From an uncultured Gammaproteobacteria bacterium (GTDB lineage: Bacteria; Patescibacteriota; Microgenomatia; UBA8517), in the NCBI GenBank assembly GCA_964431555.1, contig CAYSJW010000015.1, forward strand, positions 41,573-105,572: a stretch of 64,000 bases of DNA, written 5' to 3'. A model generated the notes under the pieces. That model was not told the origin of the DNA and did no database searches. It saw only the letters and a program-made list of their open reading frames with translations. Shown here piece by piece: positions 39,308 through 48,936 of this stretch (within the stretch, counting starts at the first letter, position 1; each line of letters begins with the position of its first letter). The position numbers and the translations under genes were made by a program.

Positions 39308-39798
39308 AGTTTATAACCTATCTTTCTTAAAAAATCTTTCCTTTTGATAATCTCATCCTCCCTTTCAGCTCTTAATGGAGGTTCACCGTCAACAACACCC
39401 AAAATTGCCCTTCCTTTCGGAGTTTTAGCCACAATAACCTGAGCAGGATTAGATGTCGCACAATAAATATTAACCACTTCCGTCACATGCTGGACAGTTT
39501 TAAGAATATTAACAGGGTAAAAACCGGGTGATAAAAATATAATAAAACAATGTCCTGCTGCAATTTTCTTAATATTTTTTATAGCCAGTTTAATTAAATT
39601 CTCATCATTGCCGGATGATCTTATAAGTCTTGGTCCTGAAGCTTCACAAAATGAAAGTCCGAATTTTATTCCCGGAACAGAAGTTATCAATGCTTCATGA
39701 AGATCCTCAACTGTCTTGATAAAATGGCTTTGCCCCAAAATAAAGTTTATCTCTTCAGGTTTTTCTATATCAACAACTTCAAATGATACTTTAGTCAT
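39304..39798 (-). CDS. Adenosine-specific kinase / Ta1353-like family protein
   Basis: NFILGQSHFIKTVEDL, FCEASGPRL, AAGH, RAILGVVDG, FLRKIGYK. Confidence 0.88.
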   Translation of the reverse strand: MTKVSFEVVDIEKPEEINFILGQSHFIKTVEDLHEALITSVPGIKFGLSFCEASGPRLIRSSGNDENLIKLAIKNIKKIAAGHCFIIFLSPGFYPVNILKTVQHVTEVVNIYCATSNPAQVIVAKTPKGRAILGVVDGEPPLRAEREDEIIKRKDFLRKIGYKL

Positions 39799-39834
39799 AT
39801 TTATCTAAATTATAAAGCTAAATTACTTAGCTAC

Positions 39835-40152
39835 CTAGGCAGTCTCCGGTATAAGATCAGCCAAAAAATGCATCTGCAGGTGAGGAATCGAGGCAGCATC
39901 ACCTGAATTATGAATAAGTCTAAACCCTCTTACGGATTTTTCTTTTGCAATAACCAGTGCTATATCTTTAATCTCCTTCCAAACCACGTCTTCCAGTTCC
40001 TCTAAACTACTTACGTGCTTTTTAGGAACAATTAAAAGATGAATAGCTGCTTGGGGATTGATATCCTGGAAAATTATTAAATTTTCGGTTTCCCTTTCAA
40101 TTTTCGTTTCACCCTCTCCTTTTACTATATCGCAAAAGATACAATCTCCCAT
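39835..40152 (-). CDS. HIT-family nucleotide hydrolase
   Basis: DCIFCDI, DINPQAAIHLLIVPKKH; triad variant HLQMH. Confidence 0.9.
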   Translation of the reverse strand: MGDCIFCDIVKGEGETKIERETENLIIFQDINPQAAIHLLIVPKKHVSSLEELEDVVWKEIKDIALVIAKEKSVRGFRLIHNSGDAASIPHLQMHFLADLIPETA

Positions 40153-40230
40153 AGCACTAATTATTATTAATAATACCCTTTGCTGATAAAATCAATATTT
40201 AATTTTTAAAATTTTTTTATTTACAAGAGA

Positions 40231-41223
40231 TTAGAGAAGAGAAATAATTGCATCGGCTAACTTTTTTGGGTCATGTCTTATTAAACTTCTGGTTAATATA
40301 TCAGATTTATCCTTACTATAAAGCCTTTTGTGAACAAAATCTTGGCAAACAATTTTCATTTTGCCTTTTTCTTTCAAATCATTTAATACAACCTCCGACT
40401 TTGTTTTCCTATACCATCTAATTGCCTCCTCGGGGATCCTACCATTATTAACCAAAACGAAATTAGGATTCTTACCCATATATCTTTTTAGCTCCGACAA
40501 AAAGTCAGAAGCTTTATAATTATTGGTCTGACCAAAACGAGTCATTAAGTTAACTACAAAAGCAATCTTTGCCTTAGATTTCAGAATTGCTTCTCTTATT
40601 CCATCTATAACCAAATTAGGTAAAATACTTGTGTAAAGATCACCCGGACCCAAAATTATTATATCCGATTCCCCAATCTCCTTTAAGGCGTCTGGATTTG
40701 CTCGGGCTGGGGGAAATACACTCAATTGAACAATTTTATGATTAGACATCTCGTCAGAAGGTTCATCGATAAAATGCTCCCCCAAAACTTGTTTACCGTT
40801 ATCATACAAAGCCACTAAATTTGTATTATCATAGGTAACCGGGATAATTCTCCCGTCCACATCTAAAAAATCACAAGTTTTTTCTATAGCCAATTTTTGA
40901 GATCCATAAATATCCGTTAATGCAGCCATGAATAAATTTCCAAATGTCATCCCAGAAATTCCAGTACCGGCATTGAAACGATATGTAAAAAGCTTTCTTA
41001 AAAGATCTTTTGGTTTTTCTCTTGACAAAGCAACTATACACTGTCTTATATCCGAGGTCGGAAGAAGACCAAATTCGTCTCTTATCACCCTATTACTTCC
41101 ACCTGAATCCATCATTGAAACAATAACAGAAAGACTCACCTCTGGGCGGTTTCTAAGCCCTATCAAAACAGTGTAAGTACCCGTACCTCCGCCTATTACC
41201 AAAACTTTTTTAGGCTTACCCAT
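40231..41223 (-). CDS. YvcK/GlmR-family UDP-GlcNAc-binding protein
   Basis: VIGGGTG, DSGGS, PTSDIR, GPGDLYTSILPNL, RHDPKKLA. Confidence 0.92.
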   Translation of the reverse strand: MGKPKKVLVIGGGTGTYTVLIGLRNRPEVSLSVIVSMMDSGGSNRVIRDEFGLLPTSDIRQCIVALSREKPKDLLRKLFTYRFNAGTGISGMTFGNLFMAALTDIYGSQKLAIEKTCDFLDVDGRIIPVTYDNTNLVALYDNGKQVLGEHFIDEPSDEMSNHKIVQLSVFPPARANPDALKEIGESDIIILGPGDLYTSILPNLVIDGIREAILKSKAKIAFVVNLMTRFGQTNNYKASDFLSELKRYMGKNPNFVLVNNGRIPEEAIRWYRKTKSEVVLNDLKEKGKMKIVCQDFVHKRLYSKDKSDILTRSLIRHDPKKLADAIISLL

Positions 41224-42457
41224 TCTTCAATCTATTCAGAAGTTCATCAAGAGATAAAAGTTTCGTTTCTTCACTTCTCCTATCTTTATATTCAATCAAG
41301 TCAGCAGTTTTGTCAGAGATTACCAACCTTACCGGAATACCGATTAAATCAGAATCGGCAAATTTCTCACCAGGACTAATTTCTCTATCATCAACCAATG
41401 TTTCCAAACCAGCTTGACAAAGCTTAAAAAACAAATCATCAACAACATTAGCGTCTTTATTAGTTCTAATATCAAGTAAATGAATATCAAAAGGAGATAT
41501 AACTTTATTCCAAATTATACCTTTTTCATCATGACTAACCTCAACCCATGTACCCATCGTTCTGGTCGGACCTATTCCATAACTCCCAAACCAAACCGGC
41601 CTTTTCTTACCCTCCCTATCCGTAAAATACATCCTCATTCTTTCAGCGTACCAAGTGCCCAAAGGAAAAATATTACCCACCTCAATTGATTTTCTCTTAA
41701 GAATCCTTCCTTCACCACACTTCTCACATAAAACACCCTCTTCCTTTTCAAAAATCTCTGCATTCACCCCCCAATCACACTTATCACAAATAAATATTGT
41801 ATCCTCTCCGCTATCCACAAGCACCTGAAACTCATGAGTATATCTATCGGTAAAAACACCTCCAGACGCCTCGGTAATCCTGAAATTAAAACCAATTCTT
41901 TCAAATACCTTTTTATAAGCCAACTTTACCTTCTCGTAATAATTTAAAAGATCCTCCTCTGTCTCGTGAGCGCTATATAAATCTTTCATCATAAACTCTC
42001 TTCCCCTTAATATTCCCGAACGCGCTCTGGGTTCGTTTCTGAATTTTGTCGAAAAATGATAAACTGCGATAGGTAAATCAGCATAGCTTTTGATATTTTT
42101 TCTAAGCAAATCCATAACAATCTCCTCATGGGTAAAGGATAAAACATACTCCCTTTTCCTTGAATCTTTAAGCTTATACATAATCTCATCAGCCTTGTCC
42201 CACCGCCCTGTTTCATTCCAAATTGATTTAGGATGAAGAAGAGGCATCAACATTTCCTGGCCTCCTATTGCGTTCATCTCTTCTCTTATAATCTGATTTA
42301 TCTTATTCACGACACGCCATCCCAAAGGCAAAAGAGTCCAAGAACCAGCCATTAGTTGATCAATAAAACCCGCTCTTACTAAAAGTTTATGGTTGACACT
42401 AACCGCATCTTTGGGAGCTTGCTTTTTTGTCTTGGGAAAAAGCTGAGACTGAAACAT
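41216..42457 (-). CDS. proS: Proline-tRNA ligase (short form, no editing domain)
   Basis: THEE, KFRNEPRARSGILRGREFMMKDLYS, IEVGNIF, GEKFADSDLIG. Confidence 0.96.
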   Translation of the reverse strand: MFQSQLFPKTKKQAPKDAVSVNHKLLVRAGFIDQLMAGSWTLLPLGWRVVNKINQIIREEMNAIGGQEMLMPLLHPKSIWNETGRWDKADEIMYKLKDSRKREYVLSFTHEEIVMDLLRKNIKSYADLPIAVYHFSTKFRNEPRARSGILRGREFMMKDLYSAHETEEDLLNYYEKVKLAYKKVFERIGFNFRITEASGGVFTDRYTHEFQVLVDSGEDTIFICDKCDWGVNAEIFEKEEGVLCEKCGEGRILKRKSIEVGNIFPLGTWYAERMRMYFTDREGKKRPVWFGSYGIGPTRTMGTWVEVSHDEKGIIWNKVISPFDIHLLDIRTNKDANVVDDLFFKLCQAGLETLVDDREISPGEKFADSDLIGIPVRLVISDKTADLIEYKDRRSEETKLLSLDELLNRLKNG

Positions 42458-42468
42458 AAAACTGATTT

Positions 42469-43575
42469 TTATTTTATCACCGAATCTATATAACCTGAAA
42501 TTCCCCCCTCAGTTATAAGTCTTCTAATATCATGAGCAGTTATAGCAAAAATAAGCATTAATAAAATTACCATCCCAACTGTATGAATTGCAGTTTCAAC
42601 CTTGGGAAGAACCTTCCTGCCAAAAATCCCTTCGGCAATGACAAAAATCAGTCTCCCCCCATCAAGAGCAGGAAAAGGCACGATATTTAGAATTGCCAAA
42701 TTAACGGATAAAATCCCGACGAAATTGACTAAGGTCAAGACTCCAAACTTTGCCGCTTCCGTGGTTATGGCAAAAATACCCACCGGCCCAGCCACATCTT
42801 TAGGTATTATTCCACCAAAAAGATCACCTATCATTCCAAACATACCCACCAAAACCATACCCGCCCAAAAGAAAGCCTCCCTAAAACCGTTATAGACACC
42901 AATAAAAGGTCTTTGCCAAAGCGGTGGATAGTAAATTTCTATTGATGAAATAACCACCCCCAAAGCTCCCTCGCCTTCCGGAGGATTTTCTCTCGGCACA
43001 GTTTTAACTTCAATTAAATCCTTTAAACCTTCTCTTTCAATTTGCAAAATAACTTCTTTCCCCTTTTCTTTTTCGACATAATCAATAAATTCCTCATTAC
43101 TACCTACATACTTCCCATTTACCGTTTTTATAATATCGCCGGATTTCAAACCCGAAACATCCGCGGGCGAACCATTTCTAACTTCAACTATTTTTACATT
43201 ACCAGTCTCTTTGGGAACCCCAGAAAAGGCATAAACTATAGAAAAAGAAATCACCGCCAGAACAAAATTCATAAAAACTCCTGCCAAGATAACAAAAAAT
43301 CGAACTTTTTTAGATTGATTTAAAAAAGCCCTCTTTTCATCGGTAATTGAATCTTGGGAATTCTCTCCATGTAACCTTACAAAACCACCAAAAGGAAGAA
43401 GATTGAGAGAATAAATAGTCTCCCCTATTTTTCTACCAAAAACTCTTGGGGGTAGACCAAAACCAAATTCCTCAACCCAAATTCCAGATCTTCTCGCGGC
43501 AAAAAAATGTCCCGCCTCGTGAACAAGGACCAAAATTGAAAGGATAACTATAAACAAAATTACCGAAGTTATCAT
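42469..43575 (-). CDS. rseP: RIP metalloprotease RseP
   Basis: HEAGH, PFGGFVRL, PDZ domain, NIVPFPALDGG. Confidence 0.94.
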   Translation of the reverse strand: MITSVILFIVILSILVLVHEAGHFFAARRSGIWVEEFGFGLPPRVFGRKIGETIYSLNLLPFGGFVRLHGENSQDSITDEKRAFLNQSKKVRFFVILAGVFMNFVLAVISFSIVYAFSGVPKETGNVKIVEVRNGSPADVSGLKSGDIIKTVNGKYVGSNEEFIDYVEKEKGKEVILQIEREGLKDLIEVKTVPRENPPEGEGALGVVISSIEIYYPPLWQRPFIGVYNGFREAFFWAGMVLVGMFGMIGDLFGGIIPKDVAGPVGIFAITTEAAKFGVLTLVNFVGILSVNLAILNIVPFPALDGGRLIFVIAEGIFGRKVLPKVETAIHTVGMVILLMLIFAITAHDIRRLITEGGISGYIDSVIK

Positions 43576-43614
43576 TAGAAGAGATTACCACAATAAATAA
43601 ACATTTTCAAAGAC

Positions 43615-44169
43615 CTAAATCCGCATTATTTCTTCTTCCTTCGCCCTGCTTAAAAGATCAATCCTTTCAATAAAATCGTCGGTAATTTCCTGAAGTTTTT
43701 TCTCCAAAGAAAATTTCTCATCTTCAGAAATCTCCTTTTCTTCAAAAGAACTTTTAATATTTTTCATAAATCCCGCCCTTATCTGACGAATCATAACCTT
43801 TCCACTTTCAACCTTAACTTTCAAAAGTTTTATATATTTTTGTCTATCTTCCGTAGTCATTGGAGGAAGAACAATACGAATTTTATCCCCATCAATTACA
43901 GGTGTATAACCAACGTTTGAAGCTTCTATACCTTTGCGTATCTCACCAATTATACTCTTGTCCCAAGGATCAATAATAATTGTCTGATTATCAGAAACAG
44001 AAATTGTGGCTAATTCATTAATTTTTAGCTTTTGCGAGCCTCCATAAACAACTACTTGAAGTCCTTCTATTAGAGAAGGTGAAGCTCTACCAGTCCTTAT
44101 ACTAGCTAGATCAGATGTCAAAAGTTCCAATACCGCTGACATCTTCTTTCGAACTTCTTCCTCGTCCAT
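43615..44169 (-). CDS. frr: Ribosome recycling factor
   Basis: IRTGRASP, PPMTTEDR, IRQIR, ISEDE. Confidence 0.96.
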   Translation of the reverse strand: MDEEEVRKKMSAVLELLTSDLASIRTGRASPSLIEGLQVVVYGGSQKLKINELATISVSDNQTIIIDPWDKSIIGEIRKGIEASNVGYTPVIDGDKIRIVLPPMTTEDRQKYIKLLKVKVESGKVMIRQIRAGFMKNIKSSFEEKEISEDEKFSLEKKLQEITDDFIERIDLLSRAKEEEIMRI

Positions 44170-44190
44170 TCTTAATTTATTATAAATATT

Positions 44191-44682
44191 TTATTCTCCC
44201 AGAACAACCTTCCAAATTCTTCCCAATCTGATATTTTCACCGGTTTTAGCAATTAACTCATTCAGCAAATCTTCAACCTTTCTGGAAGGATCTTTAATAA
44301 AAACCTGTTTTAGAAAATCCTTATCTCCCATCGAGGCAACTTGCATAGCCAAATCCTTGGCTAAAGAAGTAAAAAGATCGTTTCTTGCAACAAAATCCGT
44401 CTCACAAAAAATCTCTACCAAACCAGCCACTTTTTGATTATGGTGCATATAAACCGATAAAACTCCCGCCTTTGTTTCCCGATCTTTTCTTTTAGCCGCT
44501 TTCTCAAATCCTTCCTTTTTGAGAATTTCCAAAGCTTTTTTCTCACCTCTCTCCAAATCGTTTTTTGATGCATTTTCAGGCAAGTCTCCCAATAATTCTT
44601 GCAAAACCTTCTTTACTCGCATGTATGGAGCTCCCGTTTCATCCCTGAGTTTCCTTATCTGACTAAGTGTTATTTTTACCAT
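44191..44682 (-). CDS. tsf: Elongation factor Ts (short form)
   Basis: LRDETGA, CETDFVARN, LAMQVA, TGENI. Confidence 0.95.
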   Translation of the reverse strand: MVKITLSQIRKLRDETGAPYMRVKKVLQELLGDLPENASKNDLERGEKKALEILKKEGFEKAAKRKDRETKAGVLSVYMHHNQKVAGLVEIFCETDFVARNDLFTSLAKDLAMQVASMGDKDFLKQVFIKDPSRKVEDLLNELIAKTGENIRLGRIWKVVLGE

Positions 44683-44705
44683 ATTTTTTTAGAGATAAAA
44701 ACTTA

Positions 44706-45413
44706 CTACTTATCCTTTTTTTTACCAGTTCCTGCTTTTCCTCTTTCAATTGCCTCCTTAAACAAATCTAAAACATACTCCAGTGCTTTCGAGGCATCAT
44801 CATTCATAGGTATAGGATAATTAACCAAAGATGGATTACAATTTGAATCAACTATCGCCACAGTCTTTACCCCAACGCTTTGAGCCTCCTTAACAGCTGT
44901 TGCCTCTCTTTTTATATCTATTATAAACAAAATATCAGGAATGTTATTCATTCCAACCAACCCTCCGAAAAACCTATCAAGCCTTTGAATTTCTCTTTCA
45001 ATCAAAAGTTTCTCCTTTTTTGTCCGATTTTCATATACTCCGGAATTAAAGTCCCTCTTGAGATCGGTCAATTTTTGAATCGTTTTTTTCATTTGAGAAA
45101 AATTCGTAAGTATACCTCCCAGCCACCTTTCATTGACAAAAAAACTATTGGTGGCTAAAGCCACTTCTTTCACCTTATCCTTAACTTGCTTTTTCGTACC
45201 CACGAAAAGGATTACCTTACCTTCTTTGACCGACTTTTCCATAAATTCCAATGCCTCCTCCAAACAACCTTTAGTTTTGATTAAATCAAAAATATAAACC
45301 CCTTCTTTTTCCCCATAAAGATAGGGTGCCATTTTTGGGTTCCAACGTTTAGTTTGATGACCAAAATGAGCGCCTGTTTCTACTAATTTTTCTAACGAAA
45401 CTTTAATCTGCAT
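44706..45413 (-). CDS. rpsB: 30S ribosomal protein uS2
   Basis: GAHFGHQTKRWNPKM, FVGTK, RWLGGILTNF, IPMNDDA. Confidence 0.98.
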   Translation of the reverse strand: MQIKVSLEKLVETGAHFGHQTKRWNPKMAPYLYGEKEGVYIFDLIKTKGCLEEALEFMEKSVKEGKVILFVGTKKQVKDKVKEVALATNSFFVNERWLGGILTNFSQMKKTIQKLTDLKRDFNSGVYENRTKKEKLLIEREIQRLDRFFGGLVGMNNIPDILFIIDIKREATAVKEAQSVGVKTVAIVDSNCNPSLVNYPIPMNDDASKALEYVLDLFKEAIERGKAGTGKKKDK

Positions 45414-45434
45414 AAAAAAATTAAAGAAATTTTA

Positions 45435-45491
45435 CTGCTTCCTTAAACCGCCATCAGTCGGAAGAATCCAGGAAGCAAGGCTGATGTGTGT
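45435..45491 (-). promoter_or_regulatory. rpsB leader RNA (putative S2 autoregulatory element)
   Basis: ACACAC start; CAUCAG/CUGAUG stem and UGCUUCCU/AGGAAGCA crossing stem; promoter TTGATA-17-TAATAT at 45527-45499. Confidence 0.65.
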
Positions 45492-45727
45492 TTGATGAAT
45501 ATTATCAAAGAATATTTCGTTTATCAACACTAATTTTTAAAAACAGTAAAAAATCAACTACGCAATTTCAAATACTATCAAGTCTAAAATTTACAAAATT
45601 AAAAAAAATCTACCTGAAATTAAAAAGGCTTATCTAAAAAGAAAAAGTGATTAATTAAAAATGAATTTTTGTCACTTAAATATTTCTTAAATTTAAATTT
45701 ATTTTAGAAGCAAATTTAAGATTTAAA

Positions 45728-46462
45728 TCAAAATTGCCTTCTAATTTCTTCAATCTCCTCCTGACAATACTCTGTAGGTAGATCAACTCCCAAGGGAAAA
45801 ACATCATACACCTCCACTCTTTCACTCATAATACAACCATCTTCTTCCAGATGATCCAATCCCAAAAGATGACCCCATTCATGCATTAATGTAGTTTTTT
45901 CAAGAATATCTTTGACATAGCCTTTCTCTGACAAATTTTCTATCGCATCCCTGAAAATAAAAATTGTATCCTTATTAGTAACAACCCCGACAGAAGTCTT
46001 TTTCAAAGCATAGGAACTGGTATAAATAATATAAAGATCCGCCTTATTTTTGGAAGAAACTTCTTCTCTTATCATATTTAAATCCTCATCAGTCAAAAAG
46101 TCCTTCTTAGGATATTCGTAATTCAGCTTTTTACTGACAATTACATTTTTTCCCAAAGTTACGTCTATCATTTCCTCCAACCAGTACTCGATATTCTCAT
46201 TTACAATTTCCCCATTCACCGAAACAAGCAAAACCAAAGTGCTACCTTTTTTAGGATCAATATAAAAATATTTCGCGTCACCCGGTTCATCCAATTTCAA
46301 TATACTCGTAACTATAGGCATCCTAAGAAGATAATTTCTCACGATCTTTCCCAAGAATGATTGGCTTTTAAATTTGATAATAAATAAAGAAAAAGATATA
46401 AAAACTATAAATATTACAAAAAGTAGAAGAGAAAAAAATTTTACAAAACTCTTTAAACCCAT
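45728..46462 (-). CDS. Membrane-anchored metzincin zinc metalloprotease
   Basis: HEWGHLLGLDH plus Met-turn CIMS. Confidence 0.85.
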   Translation of the reverse strand: MGLKSFVKFFSLLLFVIFIVFISFSLFIIKFKSQSFLGKIVRNYLLRMPIVTSILKLDEPGDAKYFYIDPKKGSTLVLLVSVNGEIVNENIEYWLEEMIDVTLGKNVIVSKKLNYEYPKKDFLTDEDLNMIREEVSSKNKADLYIIYTSSYALKKTSVGVVTNKDTIFIFRDAIENLSEKGYVKDILEKTTLMHEWGHLLGLDHLEEDGCIMSERVEVYDVFPLGVDLPTEYCQEEIEEIRRQF

Positions 46463-46604
46463 TAATAAAATAATACTCCAAACATTAAAGCTAATGTTAT
46501 TTATATCAATATCCTAAAGCTATCTAAAGTAGTGTTCTTTCCAAAACAAAGATCTCTTAAGATAATTGTCATCCGTTGTAAAATTAATTAAGAAAGGATA
46601 ATTT

Positions 46605-46982
46605 ATGAAAAAAATCTTAATTGCAGATGATGATTCTGACCTTCTTAAACTTTATAAAATAGCTCTAAATAATGCCGCTTTTGAAGTCGATGTCTGTCTA
46701 ACCATTTCCGAAGCAAATATTTTTGTAAAAAGCAAAAAATACGACCTCATAATACTGGATATACTCTTTCCTGAAGGAGATATCTTACCAACAATCCAAA
46801 CAATCAGAAATAAAAGTTCACCCAACTTCCAAACTCCCATTCTTATTCTAACCAGCCTTTCATACGGCGACAAAACCAAAAAATCCCTTGAAATCGGAGC
46901 AAATGAATACCTATTTAAAGCAACCGAAACTCCCAAAACAATTGTTAGCAAGGTTATTAAGATAACCTCTAACAACTCATAA
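46605..46982 (+). CDS. Stand-alone response regulator receiver protein
   Basis: ILIADDD, DLIILDI.FP, ILTS, GANEYLFK. Confidence 0.92.
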   Translation: MKKILIADDDSDLLKLYKIALNNAAFEVDVCLTISEANIFVKSKKYDLIILDILFPEGDILPTIQTIRNKSSPNFQTPILILTSLSYGDKTKKSLEIGANEYLFKATETPKTIVSKVIKITSNNS

Positions 46983-47002
46983 AAGGCCATAAAATTAAAA
47001 AT

Positions 47003-47722
47003 TTACAGATTCTCAAAGAGACCCATACTGGAGAAGATATAACCAAAACCCACCAAACCGGCAATCGCACCTATAACCAACCTAACAATAATATCACTAC
47101 TCCCCAGAAAACGAAAAATTTCAAAAATAAACATAAAGTTTAAAATAGCACTTTCAGGCCTTTCATTTCTTAAAACATCATCATTTTCCTCTACCTTTTT
47201 CCTTTTTCTAAAAGACAAAGATAAAGTCTTACTTGGCTTTTTTACCTTCAAATCACTTCCAACTGAATTATCCTCTTTATAACTACCTTCAGTATTTTTA
47301 AAAGCAAAGCTTGAATTCCTATTCCCTGTCAAATTTCTTCTTAAGCCCATACTTTCCTTTATTTCCTGAGATTTATTTCTTAAGCCTAATTGTCTAAAAG
47401 TCAAGAGTTCCCCGAAACTCGAGTTTTTCGAACTACTATCCTTATCGCTTCCCTTCAGAAAATTTACCGATGAAGAAAATTTCCTGGAAGAATTATCCTT
47501 CAAGCGAAAAATATCAGCGAGATTTTCAGTTTTCCTATCTTTTTGAATATCTTCCCTTTCTTTGCCCACATCTACTTTTTTTCGGGAGGAAAAACTTTCC
47601 TGGTCATAAAAGGAGTAAAAATCACTTTCATTTTCAGGATACTTCTCCCCAACTAATTGCAACTCCTCAAAAAGCAACGTTATATTATTCTCGCTTGGGT
47701 ATATTATTCCGGACCTTCGCAT
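47003..47722 (-). CDS. Hypothetical protein with C-terminal TM segments
   Basis: S/K-rich disordered body; probable start ATG 47722. Confidence 0.65.
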   Translation of the reverse strand: MRRSGIIYPSENNITLLFEELQLVGEKYPENESDFYSFYDQESFSSRKKVDVGKEREDIQKDRKTENLADIFRLKDNSSRKFSSSVNFLKGSDKDSSSKNSSFGELLTFRQLGLRNKSQEIKESMGLRRNLTGNRNSSFAFKNTEGSYKEDNSVGSDLKVKKPSKTLSLSFRKRKKVEENDDVLRNERPESAILNFMFIFEIFRFLGSSDIIVRLVIGAIAGLVGFGYIFSSMGLFENL

Positions 47723-47809
47723 ATTAATATTATACCACACCAACCTATAGTATTTATCTTTATAAAATAGACTGGAAGAAATTACTTAATTATGGTATAA
47801 AAATTGATA

Positions 47810-48391
47810 ATGAATAAATTAGTGTGTTTGGCCGGCATGCCGGGAGCGGGAAAGTCATTGGTATCCGACTTTTTTGTACAAAAAGGTTATCATTACCTTC
47901 GTTTCGGACAAATTACAATAGATGAAATTAAAAAAAGAAAGCTTAAAATAAACGAGGAAAATGAGAAAAAAATACGAGAAGAAATAAGAAAAAAATACGG
48001 CATGGCCGCCTACGCTGTCTTAAACTACCCTAAATTTAAAAAACTCCTCAAGAAAGGCAATGTCATAGGGGATGGTCTTTACAGCTGGTCAGAATACAAA
48101 TTCCTCAAGGAAAAATTCAAAAATAGGTTTTATCTGGTAGCAGTTTATGCACCTCCTACATTGCGATATCAAAGACTTATGGCAAGAAACACCTCTAATG
48201 AAGATGAAAATCTCCGCTTTCGTAAACTTTCTACAAAAGAGGCTGTAATGCGCGATTATGCAGAAATTGAAAACCTTGAAAAAGGAGGCCCAATAGCTAT
48301 GGCTGATTTTACTCTTATTAATACAAAAAGTATTTTATATCTTAAAAAACAAATCAAAAATGTCTATGAAGAAATCGAAAAAATCAAATAA
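47810..48391 (+). CDS. P-loop nucleotide kinase (UPF0200/dephospho-CoA kinase-like)
   Basis: GMPGAGKS, DGLYSWSEY, RDYAEIENLEKGGPIAMAD. Confidence 0.8.
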   Translation: MNKLVCLAGMPGAGKSLVSDFFVQKGYHYLRFGQITIDEIKKRKLKINEENEKKIREEIRKKYGMAAYAVLNYPKFKKLLKKGNVIGDGLYSWSEYKFLKEKFKNRFYLVAVYAPPTLRYQRLMARNTSNEDENLRFRKLSTKEAVMRDYAEIENLEKGGPIAMADFTLINTKSILYLKKQIKNVYEEIEKIK

Positions 48392-48881
48392 AAACGAAAA
48401 AACGTATCAAAGGCCAAGCTGGGATGACTATTTTATGGAAGTCGCCGATGCAATTTCCAAAAGAGCGACCTGCGACAGAGGAAGATCGGGATGTATAATA
48501 GCTAAAGACAATCAAATCTTAGCAAGCGGATATGTCGGTTCTCCGGTTGGATTCCCCCACTGCGATGAGGTCGGACACCAAATTAAAAAGGTAGTCCATG
48601 AAGATGGATCAATAAGTCAGCACTGCGTAAGAACGGTTCATGCGGAACAAAACGCAATTTGCCAAGCGGCAAAAAGAGGAATTGCTATAAACGGAGCAAC
48701 CATTTATACAAGAATGACTCCCTGCCGGGTTTGTACAATGCTGATTATCAATTGCGGAATCAAAAGGGTAGTTTGCGAAAGAGCATATCACGACGGCAAA
48801 GACTCAGAAAAAATGTTAAAAAAAGCAGGTATAAAACTGGAATATAAATACAAAGAAACACAAAAATATAAAGACCAGTAG
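48360..48881 (+). CDS. dCMP deaminase (ComEB family)
   Basis: RPSWDDYFM, RATCDR, HAEQNAI, PCRVC. Confidence 0.93.
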   Translation: MSMKKSKKSNKNEKTYQRPSWDDYFMEVADAISKRATCDRGRSGCIIAKDNQILASGYVGSPVGFPHCDEVGHQIKKVVHEDGSISQHCVRTVHAEQNAICQAAKRGIAINGATIYTRMTPCRVCTMLIINCGIKRVVCERAYHDGKDSEKMLKKAGIKLEYKYKETQKYKDQ

Positions 48882-48936
48882 TTTTTAAAATAATTAATGA
48901 TTGATTAACAAATTAATACTGTCTTAAAATAATTAT

